The notes below the pieces were generated by a model that searched no databases, had not been told where the DNA came from, and saw only the letters and a list, made by a program, of their open reading frames with translations. From Treponema sp. (lineage in GTDB: Bacteria; Spirochaetota; Spirochaetia; Treponematales; Breznakiellaceae), in NCBI GenBank assembly GCA_031280155.1, contig JAITHD010000199.1:1-53930 (forward strand): a stretch of DNA of 53,930 bases, in the 5' to 3' direction. This document shows, piece after piece, positions 27,787-36,911 of the stretch. Within the stretch, counting starts at the first letter, position 1. The number at the start of each line of letters is the position of its first letter. The translations under genes were made by a program, and so were the position numbers.

Positions 27787-28518
27787 TTACCAAGCATCAG
27801 CCATGTCGTCTGGATCCCGATTATTTTCCGCAAAGAGATCAGTAACCGCCCGCAGATCATCAAGATACAGATAGTAGGTACCAGAAGTTTCTGAAGGATC
27901 ACAATCAACTTTGAATCCGACAACTTTAATACCCAACTGATTGTTATAGTGGTAATCCCGCTGAACAATCCCGGATTTCCCAATAGCGGGCTGAGGGGGA
28001 ATCGCTACGGTCAGTTTTTTCCAGCCTTGGAAATTTAACTTTCCAACTTCAAGTTCAAACTGGCGGCCAAAGAAATCCTGAATCAGGATTTTAAGGGTGT
28101 GGTTATAGTTCCGTCCTGCTACCCATACGGAAATGGTCTTGGTGATCCCTTCAATGGGGATAGGCCGTCTCGGATAGAGAGAAAAACTAGTATGTCCCCG
28201 GTGGAGGAAATCAACCCTAACACCCAGCACATGATCATCTAGGATGTTAAGCCCTTCTTCATCAGGAATAGTCGCTTTTCCATTTGGATTTTCTTCGCTC
28301 TCAGGCGCCGGGCTTCCTTCAAAAAGACGGGCGGTGATAAACCCATCATCCGGCGAAATGACCCCATGCCAGTAGCTGTCATGCTCAAATTTGTCAATCG
28401 AAATCTCTTTTAGATTTTGTTGAGCTGTATCAATACCAATCCGGCTTGGATCTGAGCCCTCCTGGGCAAACAACACCCCAGCAGACAATAATAAGGCTAC
28501 AACGGTATATCGTTTCAT
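27787..28518 (-). CDS. flaA: Flagellar filament outer-layer (sheath) protein, FlaA family, short paralogue
   Basis: 243 aa with a signal peptide (ALLLSAGVLFAQE). The C-terminal architecture F.GWK.L...GF.V..D...G.YY.Y.DD matches my recollection of treponemal FlaA (..FDGWKEL..FEGFMV..GDYVGYFKDV..). It is adjacent to a paralogue with the same pattern. Confidence 0.75.
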   Translation of the reverse strand: MKRYTVVALLLSAGVLFAQEGSDPSRIGIDTAQQNLKEISIDKFEHDSYWHGVISPDDGFITARLFEGSPAPESEENPNGKATIPDEEGLNILDDHVLGVRVDFLHRGHTSFSLYPRRPIPIEGITKTISVWVAGRNYNHTLKILIQDFFGRQFELEVGKLNFQGWKKLTVAIPPQPAIGKSGIVQRDYHYNNQLGIKVVGFKVDCDPSETSGTYYLYLDDLRAVTDLFAENNRDPDDMADAW

Positions 28519-29313
28519 TTATTCGCCTCCATTCCAAAGTTCCTGCACCTGACCAGGATTCGCTAAGATATCCCCGTCATACGGTGTTTCAAACGTATCC
28601 ATCAGTATGTTGAACTGATCGAAATAGATATAGAAATTATCTACCCGTTCAGTCGGATCAGTCCAGACACGGAATTTAACAAATTCTAACGCTGCAAGTC
28701 TTGGGAGAACCGTCTTGGCTTGAGGAACACTCGAAGGTACTTGAGCCCGCAAATTTTTCCACCCTGTATGGTTGATGCTTCCCAGATTGATCACATGCAT
28801 CACTCCAAGATGATCTCGGAAATACGCTTCAAGCGTATATCTGAGATTTGAACCCCATACCCACATATCCAAATACTGAATCCGTCCGGGAATGGGGATT
28901 ACCGCTGGAGGAGCGTTCTCATCAGCGCCTGCTTCCACTGGATATATATCGATCCAGTTATAACCACGACGATCGAATTTACCCCAGATGCCGAGACTCT
29001 GTCTGCCTTCATTTTTTGACGCATCGTTGCCGAAGATCGCCACAGGATAAGCAGGAACATACATTAATCTGGGAAACGGCGCTTCTCCAACTTCCTCAGC
29101 TAATGCGTCTTTGGGCTTGGTAGCAAATTTACTCGCATCAAGACGCCAGTCATACTTAGAATACTTTGGATCCTGATCATCGTCATGGAAGTTATCAAAG
29201 GTCTCTAAAACCTTGGTTTCAAGAACAACCGTATGATCATCACCAAAAGCTGCTAATACTGCTATACATGCCATAAGAATAAGGCAGATAGCCCTGAAAC
29301 TACTTTGTTTCAT
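28519..29313 (-). CDS. flaA: Flagellar filament outer-layer (sheath) protein, FlaA family, paralogue 2
   Basis: Contains ...YLDMWVWGSNLRYTLEAYFRDHLGVMHVINLGSINHTGWKNLRAQVP...FVKFRVWTDP...FYIYFDQF.. I prefer the ATG at 29313 (MKQSSFRAICLILMACIAVLAAFG signal peptide, GGAG 6 nt upstream). The track start at 29388 lies upstream of a consensus promoter. There is zero gap to the downstream paralogue. Confidence 0.7.
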   Translation of the reverse strand: MKQSSFRAICLILMACIAVLAAFGDDHTVVLETKVLETFDNFHDDDQDPKYSKYDWRLDASKFATKPKDALAEEVGEAPFPRLMYVPAYPVAIFGNDASKNEGRQSLGIWGKFDRRGYNWIDIYPVEAGADENAPPAVIPIPGRIQYLDMWVWGSNLRYTLEAYFRDHLGVMHVINLGSINHTGWKNLRAQVPSSVPQAKTVLPRLAALEFVKFRVWTDPTERVDNFYIYFDQFNILMDTFETPYDGDILANPGQVQELWNGGE

Positions 29314-29355
29314 CCCATACTCCTTTTCTAAACGTTGGGAACTAAGATCAATAAT

Positions 29356-29384
29356 AGTATACTTATTTATTGAATCTTTGTCAA
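29356..29384 (-). promoter_or_regulatory. Sigma-70 promoter of the flaA pair
   Basis: The minus strand reads TTGACA (complement of 29379-29384), 17 nt, then TATACT (complement of 29356-29361). It lies about 40 nt upstream of the preferred ATG. Confidence 0.6.
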
Positions 29385-29429
29385 ACATCTTTTAAGTATA
29401 ATACTTTTATTTTGGTTTGCAACGTTTTT

Positions 29430-30344
29430 TTATATATTAGGTATATTATGTCTCACATTTTTTAAATGCCGTAAAATCCCCTTGTCTGATATCCTCCTCC
29501 CCAGGATCGTAATTTCCGAGGAAATCGACTTCTCCGGATTCTTCCCAGGTATTATCATTTGAACTACCCTTGTAACTAACGCCCAAGGGGAATCGTCAAA
29601 CACAACTTTCACCGATGTCGCAGTTAATCCGGGGTCAATCCAGGAAAAAAGAATAATCGGCGTCTCAAGATTCTGATCAAGAAATTGTGAAGCCTGACCA
29701 TTCATAACCACACACGCAACATTTTGATTATCGGAATATTCTTGGCTTACACTAAGATATATAGGCGCCTCTTCAATGCCCTGTTCTCTCAGTCCCGCCT
29801 GAAACATCTCCCGCTGCTCTTCAGAGAGGGTTTCATTCTGAAAAAAAAGAATTTCCTTGCCCATGCTCCCCGCAATGCTCCCCGCGCATAGTCCCGCTCG
29901 ATATAGGTCCCTTTTGACATCGGTCTCAACAAATACCGCCCCTTCTGACTTAGAGGCTTGATTCCGCTCTCCAAGGATAAAGACCGATACTTGCGGATGT
30001 TGCGCCGCGTACCGTTCGGCTCCTTCATTATACCGATATGGAAATAATATGCAATAGGGAGAACCCTTCACTTCTTCAACTGCAAAAGCCACCATCTCTG
30101 GACTGGCGTTATCTCCAATCAGCACGGGCTTAACTGGTCTGAATAATATAATAGAGGTTTCAACAGCTTTTAGTCTGCTCCGCAGGATTCCGTACAGAGC
30201 GTTAAAAGAATTATCCGTAACAATAAGAACCGGGTCCCGTAAAAGAAAAATTCCTATTCCCGCGCCGATGAGGATAATGAAGAATAAACAAATAAAAAGC
30301 TTCCTTATTATTGCAGCAGTATTAGGGTCTCCCAATTTTTTCAT
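29430..30344 (-). CDS. Membrane-anchored hypothetical protein (single N-terminal TM; alpha/beta periplasmic domain of unknown family)
   Basis: 304 aa. TM is LFICLFFIILIGAGIGIFLL. I recognise no catalytic motif. It is a long uninterrupted ORF. Confidence 0.6.
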   Translation of the reverse strand: MKKLGDPNTAAIIRKLFICLFFIILIGAGIGIFLLRDPVLIVTDNSFNALYGILRSRLKAVETSIILFRPVKPVLIGDNASPEMVAFAVEEVKGSPYCILFPYRYNEGAERYAAQHPQVSVFILGERNQASKSEGAVFVETDVKRDLYRAGLCAGSIAGSMGKEILFFQNETLSEEQREMFQAGLREQGIEEAPIYLSVSQEYSDNQNVACVVMNGQASQFLDQNLETPIILFSWIDPGLTATSVKVVFDDSPWALVTRVVQMIIPGKNPEKSISSEITILGRRISDKGILRHLKNVRHNIPNI

Positions 30345-30499
30345 AGTATGAACCTTAATGAAAACATTCTTTTATGTAAAGATATCCAAACCGCCGTACC
30401 GGCGGACTCTTCACTTTTTATCCGGTCCGCCGTAAAACCTTATAGAAAAACCTTTAGGCGGGGGTAGCTGACCTTTTTTCTATTATATAGTATTATGCT

Positions 30500-31228
30500 A
30501 TGCCCAAAGAATATGTTTCCTTATTTGAAATATTTGGACCGGTTATGATAGGTCCTTCCAGTTCTCATACTGCTGGGGTTGGACGGATAAGTTTTTTAAC
30601 CAGAAAGATTTTTGGTTCGGCTCCCCATAACGCTAAGGTCTGTTTCTACGGTTCTTTAGGGTCCACATGGAAAGGTCACGCTTCCGGGGATGCCGCAGTT
30701 GCCGGACTTTTGGGGATTCCCCCGGAAGATGAACGGCTCTTTCAAGGACGTTTTATTTTGCAGGAATTACAAGCCCAGGGGAAGGGGTTTCCGATTGAAA
30801 TTACCACGGTTTCTGAACTGCCCCCGTCATGGCACCCGAATACGATGGTTCTGGAACTTATCGGACCTCCTTGTGCCGAAGGTCAGTGTTCAATATCGCA
30901 TAATCTGCGAATCAGAGCTTCAAGCATAGGAGGCGGTTCTATTCGTATTGATGAAATTAACGGGTATGGAGTGAATCTGTCTGGTGAATTAGACGCTCTT
31001 CTGGTACGCCACCATGACGAAATTGGAGTGATCGCTATTATTTCCCATATTCTTGCGGCGGAACGGATCAATATTGCCGCTACTTCCAGTCATCGCAAGG
31101 AAAAAGGAGAGGAAGCCCTCTTGGTAGTTGAAATTGACGGTTCTCTTCCTCAATCCGCAATCGATCTTATTCAGGAACTTCCGCCTATCTATCAAGTTAT
31201 TCAATTTCCTTCTTTGAGGAGCTTATGA
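30500..31228 (+). CDS. sdaAB: L-serine dehydratase (iron-sulfur-dependent), beta subunit
   Basis: 242 aa. N-terminal SLFEIFGPVMIGPSSSHTAG. The C-terminal ACT-like domain is present. There is a 4-nt overlap with the alpha subunit gene. Confidence 0.93.
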   Translation: MPKEYVSLFEIFGPVMIGPSSSHTAGVGRISFLTRKIFGSAPHNAKVCFYGSLGSTWKGHASGDAAVAGLLGIPPEDERLFQGRFILQELQAQGKGFPIEITTVSELPPSWHPNTMVLELIGPPCAEGQCSISHNLRIRASSIGGGSIRIDEINGYGVNLSGELDALLVRHHDEIGVIAIISHILAAERINIAATSSHRKEKGEEALLVVEIDGSLPQSAIDLIQELPPIYQVIQFPSLRSL

Positions 31229-32118
31229 AATTTAAATTTCACACCTTGTCTGAACTTGAAACAATACTGCACGCTGAAGCCGTCAGCCCGGAAGACTATA
31301 TGGTTAAACGGGAAGCCTTTATAGCTGGTATTTCTGAAGAGAACGTTCTTTCTGAACTGGATAGGCGCATCGCCGTTACCCGAAGCGCACTTCTTAAAGG
31401 GCTTGAAAATCCTCAATATTCCCGTTCCGGTCTTACCAAAGGCGCGGCAGTATCCTTTGCTTCATCTAACAAAGGACTTATTCAGCATACCTTATACCGA
31501 AAAGCCGTGGCTTATTCCCTGTCGATAAACGAAGTGAACGCCTGCGGAGGCAAAATCGCAGCTTTTCCTACCGCAGGTTCCAGCGGCATTGTACCCGGAA
31601 CGATCTGGGCGTGGTGGGATGCCAAGGAAGAACCCATTGAGACTCCCTATGCTTCTCGCCTGCGAGGAGCTTTTCTTATCGCCAGTCTGGCAGGCGTATT
31701 GATAGCTCAGGGCGCAACCTTGGCCGGCTCCGAAGGGGGATGTCAAGCGGAATGCGGCGCGGCCGGCGCTATGGCTGCCGCCGGCTTAGGGTATTTGGAA
31801 GGGCTGTCTCTAAAAGATTGTTTTTCCGCGGCGGCCCTGTCTCTCAAGAACTCTTTGGGACTTGCCTGCGATCCGGTCGCCGGACTCGTGGAAGTTCCTT
31901 GTGTAAAACGTAACGCTTTCCTTGCGGTAAATGTTCTAGTTGCAGTAGATTTAACAATATCCGGTATTCAAAGCGTTATACCTTTTGACGAAGTTGTAGG
32001 GGCTATGAAACAGATTGGGGATGTTATGCCTGCTTGTATAAAAGAAAACGCTACAGGAGGTTTGGCGATTACTCCAACTGGTTTAGCTTTCAAAGAAACA
32101 TTAGACCAGTATACTTAA
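31225..32118 (+). CDS. sdaAA: L-serine dehydratase (iron-sulfur-dependent), alpha subunit
   Basis: 297 aa. Contains FPTAGSSGIVPG, GGCQAECGAAGAMAAA and DPVAGLVEVPCVKRNA. Confidence 0.95.
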   Translation: MKFKFHTLSELETILHAEAVSPEDYMVKREAFIAGISEENVLSELDRRIAVTRSALLKGLENPQYSRSGLTKGAAVSFASSNKGLIQHTLYRKAVAYSLSINEVNACGGKIAAFPTAGSSGIVPGTIWAWWDAKEEPIETPYASRLRGAFLIASLAGVLIAQGATLAGSEGGCQAECGAAGAMAAAGLGYLEGLSLKDCFSAAALSLKNSLGLACDPVAGLVEVPCVKRNAFLAVNVLVAVDLTISGIQSVIPFDEVVGAMKQIGDVMPACIKENATGGLAITPTGLAFKETLDQYT

Positions 32119-32163
32119 CTATAGCTGGAACTTAATTATTATGGAGGTTTTTTAAAACAAACT

Positions 32164-32628
32164 ATGGGGATTCTGATATACACCGATGGGGGATGTTCAG
32201 GTAATCCGGGTCCTGGAGCTTGGGCTTATGTTATTCTTGAAGCCAAGAATACGAAGATTATTGCTGAAAAGTGGGGATCTCACATGAGCACCACTAATAA
32301 CCGTATGGAACTCAGCGCGGCCATCGCCGCACTGGAAGCCTTGACCGACTTGGACGCAAGTCATGGAAATGTAACTGTGTATACAGACTCTCAATATGTC
32401 CAAAAGGGTATCAATATATGGATACATACATGGAAAAAAAACGACTGGAAAACCAGTGATAAAAAACCAGTAAAAAATATGGACCTGTGGCAACGGCTGG
32501 ACGATCTTGCCGGCACGTTTTTGCTTACCTGGAAGTGGGTCAAAGGTCATGCGGGTAACGAATATAATGAACGCTGCGACCGGATGACTCAAGAAGCTAT
32601 TGCTTCTTTGACAGGCTGTCTTTTTTAA
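32164..32628 (+). CDS. rnhA: Ribonuclease HI
   Basis: 154 aa. Contains IYTDGGCSGNPGPGAWAYVI, TNNRMELSAAIAALE, VYTDSQYV and WKWVKGHAGNEYNERCD (DEDD catalytic residues in the usual contexts). Confidence 0.95.
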   Translation: MGILIYTDGGCSGNPGPGAWAYVILEAKNTKIIAEKWGSHMSTTNNRMELSAAIAALEALTDLDASHGNVTVYTDSQYVQKGINIWIHTWKKNDWKTSDKKPVKNMDLWQRLDDLAGTFLLTWKWVKGHAGNEYNERCDRMTQEAIASLTGCLF

Positions 32629-32987
32629 TCCGGCAAAACTCAGGGGCTTAGGTCTTTTTAGAGGCTTATGCCCCAAGATTTTCACGGATCCTGCCGAAAA
32701 GATAGTTGAGCGGTTAGCATTTAATTTCTTCACAGCTGAAGACGAGGAGTTTTACGGCAAAACAGTTTTTTGATTTCCTTAGTATCATAAAAAATATAGG
32801 TTTAGGTATATCAATGACGTATGTATTTAATTCATTATACTATAAAGAATTAATGATTTTTATGAGTTTAACGGAAGATATCGCATTAAAATTTGTTATG
32901 ATATTGCCTAGCATAAAGATAAACTAATGGATTATACTTAGTAGTAGAAGTAGAACACTTTTATTAATGAGGGGATAAGGAGTTCTT

Positions 32988-35900
32988 ATGAAAAATCAGA
33001 TATTAGATTTTGTACTATTAAAATTGATGATTTTTTTATTGCTTGTATCCTGCGGCGGCGCTCCCAAACCACCTGAGACGCCTCCGCCTTCTGAAGGAGT
33101 TAAGGCTCCGTCTGTAACTGAGTCTGGGTCAGCAAACGAGTCTATATCGACTCCTACTCAACAAGCTCCCGGAAAGGATGCATTAGATGCCTTAAACGCC
33201 GCTATGACTAGGGCTGAGAATGCCAGAAAAGCAGTTGTAGACGTCCAGGGACAAGTGTATTTTCCAGAGGACTGGAAAGCTGCGGAGTCTAAGCATGAAG
33301 CTGGTAAGAATGTAAATAAAGATACTGCTGACGGAGTGAATGAAGCTATTGCTTTGTATACCGCCGCAGCGGAAGCCTATGAAGCTATTGCCGAGAAAAG
33401 CGGGGTCCGTCTCGCTCAGGAGCAGGAAGACGCATTGGCTGCTTTGCAGGCGGCTATGGCGCGAGCTGAACAGTCCCAAAAACAGGCTCAAGATGTGAAG
33501 GGACCAACTTATTTCCCTAAAGATTGGCAAACCGCTGAAACTAACCATCAAAACGGAAAAGACGCAAAAAAAGATACTGCTGACGAGATTAAAGCCGCTA
33601 CCGCTTTATATACCGCCGCGGCGGATAGGTATGATGATATTACTCGTAAAAGCCGTCCGCTTGTCGCTAAAGAAAAAGACGATGCTTTGAAGGCTCTGAA
33701 CGCGGCTATGGCGAGAGCGGAAAATTCCCGAAAACAAGCGATGGATGTTGAAGGACAGACTTATTTCCCCAATGACTGGAAGAGTGCGGAGTCTAAGAAT
33801 CAGGCTGGAAAGAACGCCAAAAAGGAGAGCACCGACGAGATTAAGGCGGCGGCAGCGCTATATATCAGCGCGGCTGAAGGGTATGACGATATTACTCGTA
33901 AAAGCCGTCCGCTCTTTGCCAAGGATAAAGACGACGCTCAGAAAGCCTTGGACGCGGCTATGGCGAGAGCCGAACAATCTCGAAAAGAAGCTCAAGGCGT
34001 GGAGGGAGAAACCTATTTTCCGAAAGAGTGGCAAACCGCTGAATCTAAGCATCAAAATGGGAAAGCTGCAAAAAAGACAACGACTGCTGAAATAAAAGCG
34101 GCTACGGTACTGTACAATGGAGCGGCTGACGGATATGATGATATTGTTCGCAAGAATAACACTCGGCTTACCAAGGAAGAGGAAGATGCCCGAAAAGCCT
34201 TGAATGCAGCGATAGCCCGAATGGAAAATTCCCGTAAACAGGCTTTGGATAATCAAGGTCCTGCGTATTTTCCGAAGGACTGGCAAAACGCGGAGTCTCA
34301 AAATCAGGCTGGGCAAAATGCAAAGAAAGATACTACTGAAGAAATCAAAGCGGCTGTTGCGTTGTATGTTGCCGCAGCAGACAGTTATGATGATATTGCT
34401 GGTAAGAGCCGACCTCTTTTCGCCAAGGATAGAGATGATGCTCAGAAAGCCTTGAACGCGGCTATGGCGAGAGCCGAACAGTCCCGAAAAGAGACTCTTA
34501 ACGTAGAGGGACAAAACCATTTCCCCAAGGATTGGCAAACCGCAGAGTCTCAGAATAAAGCCGGAAAGGATGCGAAAAAGACAACCATAGATGAGATTAA
34601 GTCAGCTGCGGCCTTATATACCTCGGCGGCGGACACCTATGATGCTATAACAAACAAGACTCGGATCCAGCTCGCTAAAGAAAAAGACGACGCTCAGAAA
34701 GCCTTGAACGCGGCTATGGCGAGAGCCGAACAGTCCCGAAAAAACGCAATAGACGTGAATGGTCAGACCTATTTCCCCAATGACTGGCAAACCGCAGAGT
34801 CTCAGCATCAGACTGGGCAGGATGCAAAGAAAGATACTACTGAAGAAATCAGGGCGGCTGCGGCGCTATACACCCAAGCGGCGGATACTTACGATGATAT
34901 TACTGGCAAGACCCGTCCGCTCTTTGCTAAGGATAAGGACGACGCTCAGAAAGCCTTGAACGCGGCTATGGCGCGAGCCGAACAGTCCCGAAAAAACGCA
35001 ATGGATGTGAATGGTCAGACCTATTTCCCCAATGACTGGCAAACAGCGGAGTCTCAGAACAAAGCTGGAAAAGATGCGAAAAAGACAACTATAGATGAGA
35101 TTAAGTCAGCCACGACCTTATATACCTCGGCGGCGGATACTTACGATGATATTACCGGCAAGAGCCGCCCCCTCTTAGCTAAAGATAGAGACGACGCTCA
35201 GAAAGCCTTGAACGCGGCTATGGCGAGAGCCGAACAGTCCCGAAAAAACGCAATGGATGTGAATGGTCAGACTTATTTCCCTAATGACTGGAAAAATGCG
35301 GAGTCTAAAAATCAGGCTGGACAGAATGCAAAGAAAAATACGGCTGATGAAATAAAAGCGGCTGCGGCGCTATACACCCAAGCGGCGGATAGTTATGACG
35401 ACATTGCCGGTAAGAGCCGTCCGCTCTTTGCTAAGGATAAGGACGACGCTCAGAAAGCCTTGAACGCGGCTATGGCGAGAGCCGAACAGTCCCGGAAGCA
35501 GGCGCAAGACGCTCAGGCTCCCGCGTATTTCCCCAAGGACTGGCAAACCGCAGAATCCAAACATCAAGACGGGAAAACCGCCAAGAAGACAACCACCGAA
35601 GAGATCAAGGCGGCTACGACAGTATACATCCAAGCAGCGGACGCCTACGATGATGTTGCCGGCAGAAGCAGAACTATGCTTGCTCAGGAACAGGGAGACG
35701 CCCTCAAAGCCTTGCAGGACGCTATGGCCCGGGCGGAACAGTCCCGGAAGCAGGCGCAAGATGCTCAGGCTCCCGCGTATTTCCCCAAGGATTGGCAAAA
35801 TGCGGAGTCTAAAAATCAGGCTGGACAGAATGCAAAGAAAACTACGGCTGATGAAATGAAAGCGGCTGCGGCGTTATACATCCAAGCGGCGGACGCCTAC

Positions 35901-36911
35901 GATGATGTTGCCGGCAGGAGCAGAACTATGCTCGCTCAGGAACAGGGAGACGCCCTCAAAGCCTTGCAGGACGCTATGGCCCGGGCGGAACAGTCCCGAA
36001 AACAAGCCCTCGGTTTTCAGGGTCCTGAGTATTTTCCCAAGGACTGGCAAACCGCAGAGACTCAGCGACAGTCCGGCAATGAGGTAAAAGGGAATACTCC
36101 AGAAGACATTAAAGCGGCGGCGGCTTTCTATACCGCCGCGGCGGATATGTATGATGATATAACCCGTAAGAGCCGTCCCCAGTATATTCAAGCCTGGGAA
36201 GATGCGCTGAGAAGGGAACGGACTATTGCAGTGGATGCGGGAATCGGCGCTATAGCGCCGGATCATCTCGGCAGCGCCGACAGGCTCGCGGCTGAAACCC
36301 GTCGAAACTTGGGGTCAGACGCATATATTCCTGAGGAACAAGCCCTTTCCTTGCCGCTTGATATGTATCGGTCTCTTAAACCAAGAGCCGAGGGATACAA
36401 AGTACGGCAGGAAATTATAGAACGGGGTTTTTCAACGGCTGATCCAGAGACCTTTGCGGCGGGAGATAAAAACACGCTTACAGCAATACAGGATTATGAA
36501 TCCGGGAATCCAAAAACCGCCCGAAATAAGGCGGATGAAGCCCTTGAACAGTATCATGAAGTCCTTATGAACGGCTGGCTGTCCTTTGCTCAAGCGAAAA
36601 GGCTTGAAGCAAGTAAAGAACGTCAAGCTGCAGTAGATGTTAAGGCTCATATAGCGGTTCGAGACGACTTTAATCATGCCGATAGGATCTACCAGCAGGC
36701 GCTGACCGACTTTGACGCAAAAGCCTATGAAGCCGCTGCGGATTTGTACAGTCAATCTTCCGTGCGATTTATCGCCGCCGCTCAATCAGCGGAAGAAAAG
36801 CGCCGACAGGCAGAAGAAACCATTGCTGCGGCTAAACAAAAAACAGCCGAAAGTACAGCCCGTGCAACAAACCTAGGGCTTATGATGGAGGGGGAAGATG
36901 AGTCGAGGTAA
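32988..36911 (+). CDS. Very large tandem-repeat lipoprotein (12 x 84 aa plus degenerate copies); function unknown
   Basis: 1307 aa. SD AGGAG lies 5 nt upstream of the ATG. Lipoprotein signal is ...MIFLLLVSCGG, and that Cys is the only Cys in the protein. A Pro/Ser-rich linker is followed by perfectly phased 84-aa Ala/Lys/Asp/Gln-rich units with an invariant YFP.(D/E)W motif. Confidence 0.9.
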   Translation: MKNQILDFVLLKLMIFLLLVSCGGAPKPPETPPPSEGVKAPSVTESGSANESISTPTQQAPGKDALDALNAAMTRAENARKAVVDVQGQVYFPEDWKAAESKHEAGKNVNKDTADGVNEAIALYTAAAEAYEAIAEKSGVRLAQEQEDALAALQAAMARAEQSQKQAQDVKGPTYFPKDWQTAETNHQNGKDAKKDTADEIKAATALYTAAADRYDDITRKSRPLVAKEKDDALKALNAAMARAENSRKQAMDVEGQTYFPNDWKSAESKNQAGKNAKKESTDEIKAAAALYISAAEGYDDITRKSRPLFAKDKDDAQKALDAAMARAEQSRKEAQGVEGETYFPKEWQTAESKHQNGKAAKKTTTAEIKAATVLYNGAADGYDDIVRKNNTRLTKEEEDARKALNAAIARMENSRKQALDNQGPAYFPKDWQNAESQNQAGQNAKKDTTEEIKAAVALYVAAADSYDDIAGKSRPLFAKDRDDAQKALNAAMARAEQSRKETLNVEGQNHFPKDWQTAESQNKAGKDAKKTTIDEIKSAAALYTSAADTYDAITNKTRIQLAKEKDDAQKALNAAMARAEQSRKNAIDVNGQTYFPNDWQTAESQHQTGQDAKKDTTEEIRAAAALYTQAADTYDDITGKTRPLFAKDKDDAQKALNAAMARAEQSRKNAMDVNGQTYFPNDWQTAESQNKAGKDAKKTTIDEIKSATTLYTSAADTYDDITGKSRPLLAKDRDDAQKALNAAMARAEQSRKNAMDVNGQTYFPNDWKNAESKNQAGQNAKKNTADEIKAAAALYTQAADSYDDIAGKSRPLFAKDKDDAQKALNAAMARAEQSRKQAQDAQAPAYFPKDWQTAESKHQDGKTAKKTTTEEIKAATTVYIQAADAYDDVAGRSRTMLAQEQGDALKALQDAMARAEQSRKQAQDAQAPAYFPKDWQNAESKNQAGQNAKKTTADEMKAAAALYIQAADAYDDVAGRSRTMLAQEQGDALKALQDAMARAEQSRKQALGFQGPEYFPKDWQTAETQRQSGNEVKGNTPEDIKAAAAFYTAAADMYDDITRKSRPQYIQAWEDALRRERTIAVDAGIGAIAPDHLGSADRLAAETRRNLGSDAYIPEEQALSLPLDMYRSLKPRAEGYKVRQEIIERGFSTADPETFAAGDKNTLTAIQDYESGNPKTARNKADEALEQYHEVLMNGWLSFAQAKRLEASKERQAAVDVKAHIAVRDDFNHADRIYQQALTDFDAKAYEAAADLYSQSSVRFIAAAQSAEEKRRQAEETIAAAKQKTAESTARATNLGLMMEGEDESR
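33177..36200 (+). repeat. Coding tandem repeat array, 12 units of 252 bp
   Basis: Units start at 33177 and every 252 nt after that (for example 34689, 34941, 35193, 35445, 35697, 35949), each beginning GA(C/T)GC.. (Asp-Ala). Units 7-9 and units 10-11 share stretches of about 100 nt with only a few mismatches. The terminal units are more diverged. Confidence 0.95.

Noticed and set aside
32197-32733. 178-aa minus-strand ORF covering rnhA
   Set aside because: It is antisense to a textbook RNase HI ORF. It has no SD and its composition is not protein-like.
32629-32987. 359-nt AT-rich region upstream of the repeat lipoprotein, examined for a c-di-GMP or other riboswitch and for a terminator (GTTTT-ACGGC-AAAAC + T6 at 32749-32771)
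   Set aside because: Only an isolated ACGGCAAAAC resembles GEMM-I, and the second conserved segment (GACGCAAAGC) is absent. The hairpin has a 5-bp AU-only stem and is too weak to call.
33192-36785. Series of long minus-strand ORFs (119, 226, 64, 142, 130, 70 and 117 aa) and short plus-strand out-of-frame ORFs inside the repeat gene
   Set aside because: They are shadows of the periodic, stop-poor repeat sequence. The sense frame is uninterrupted for 1307 codons and has an SD and a lipoprotein signal. The antisense products are Leu/Ser/Arg/Gly-rich and repeat with the same 252-nt period.
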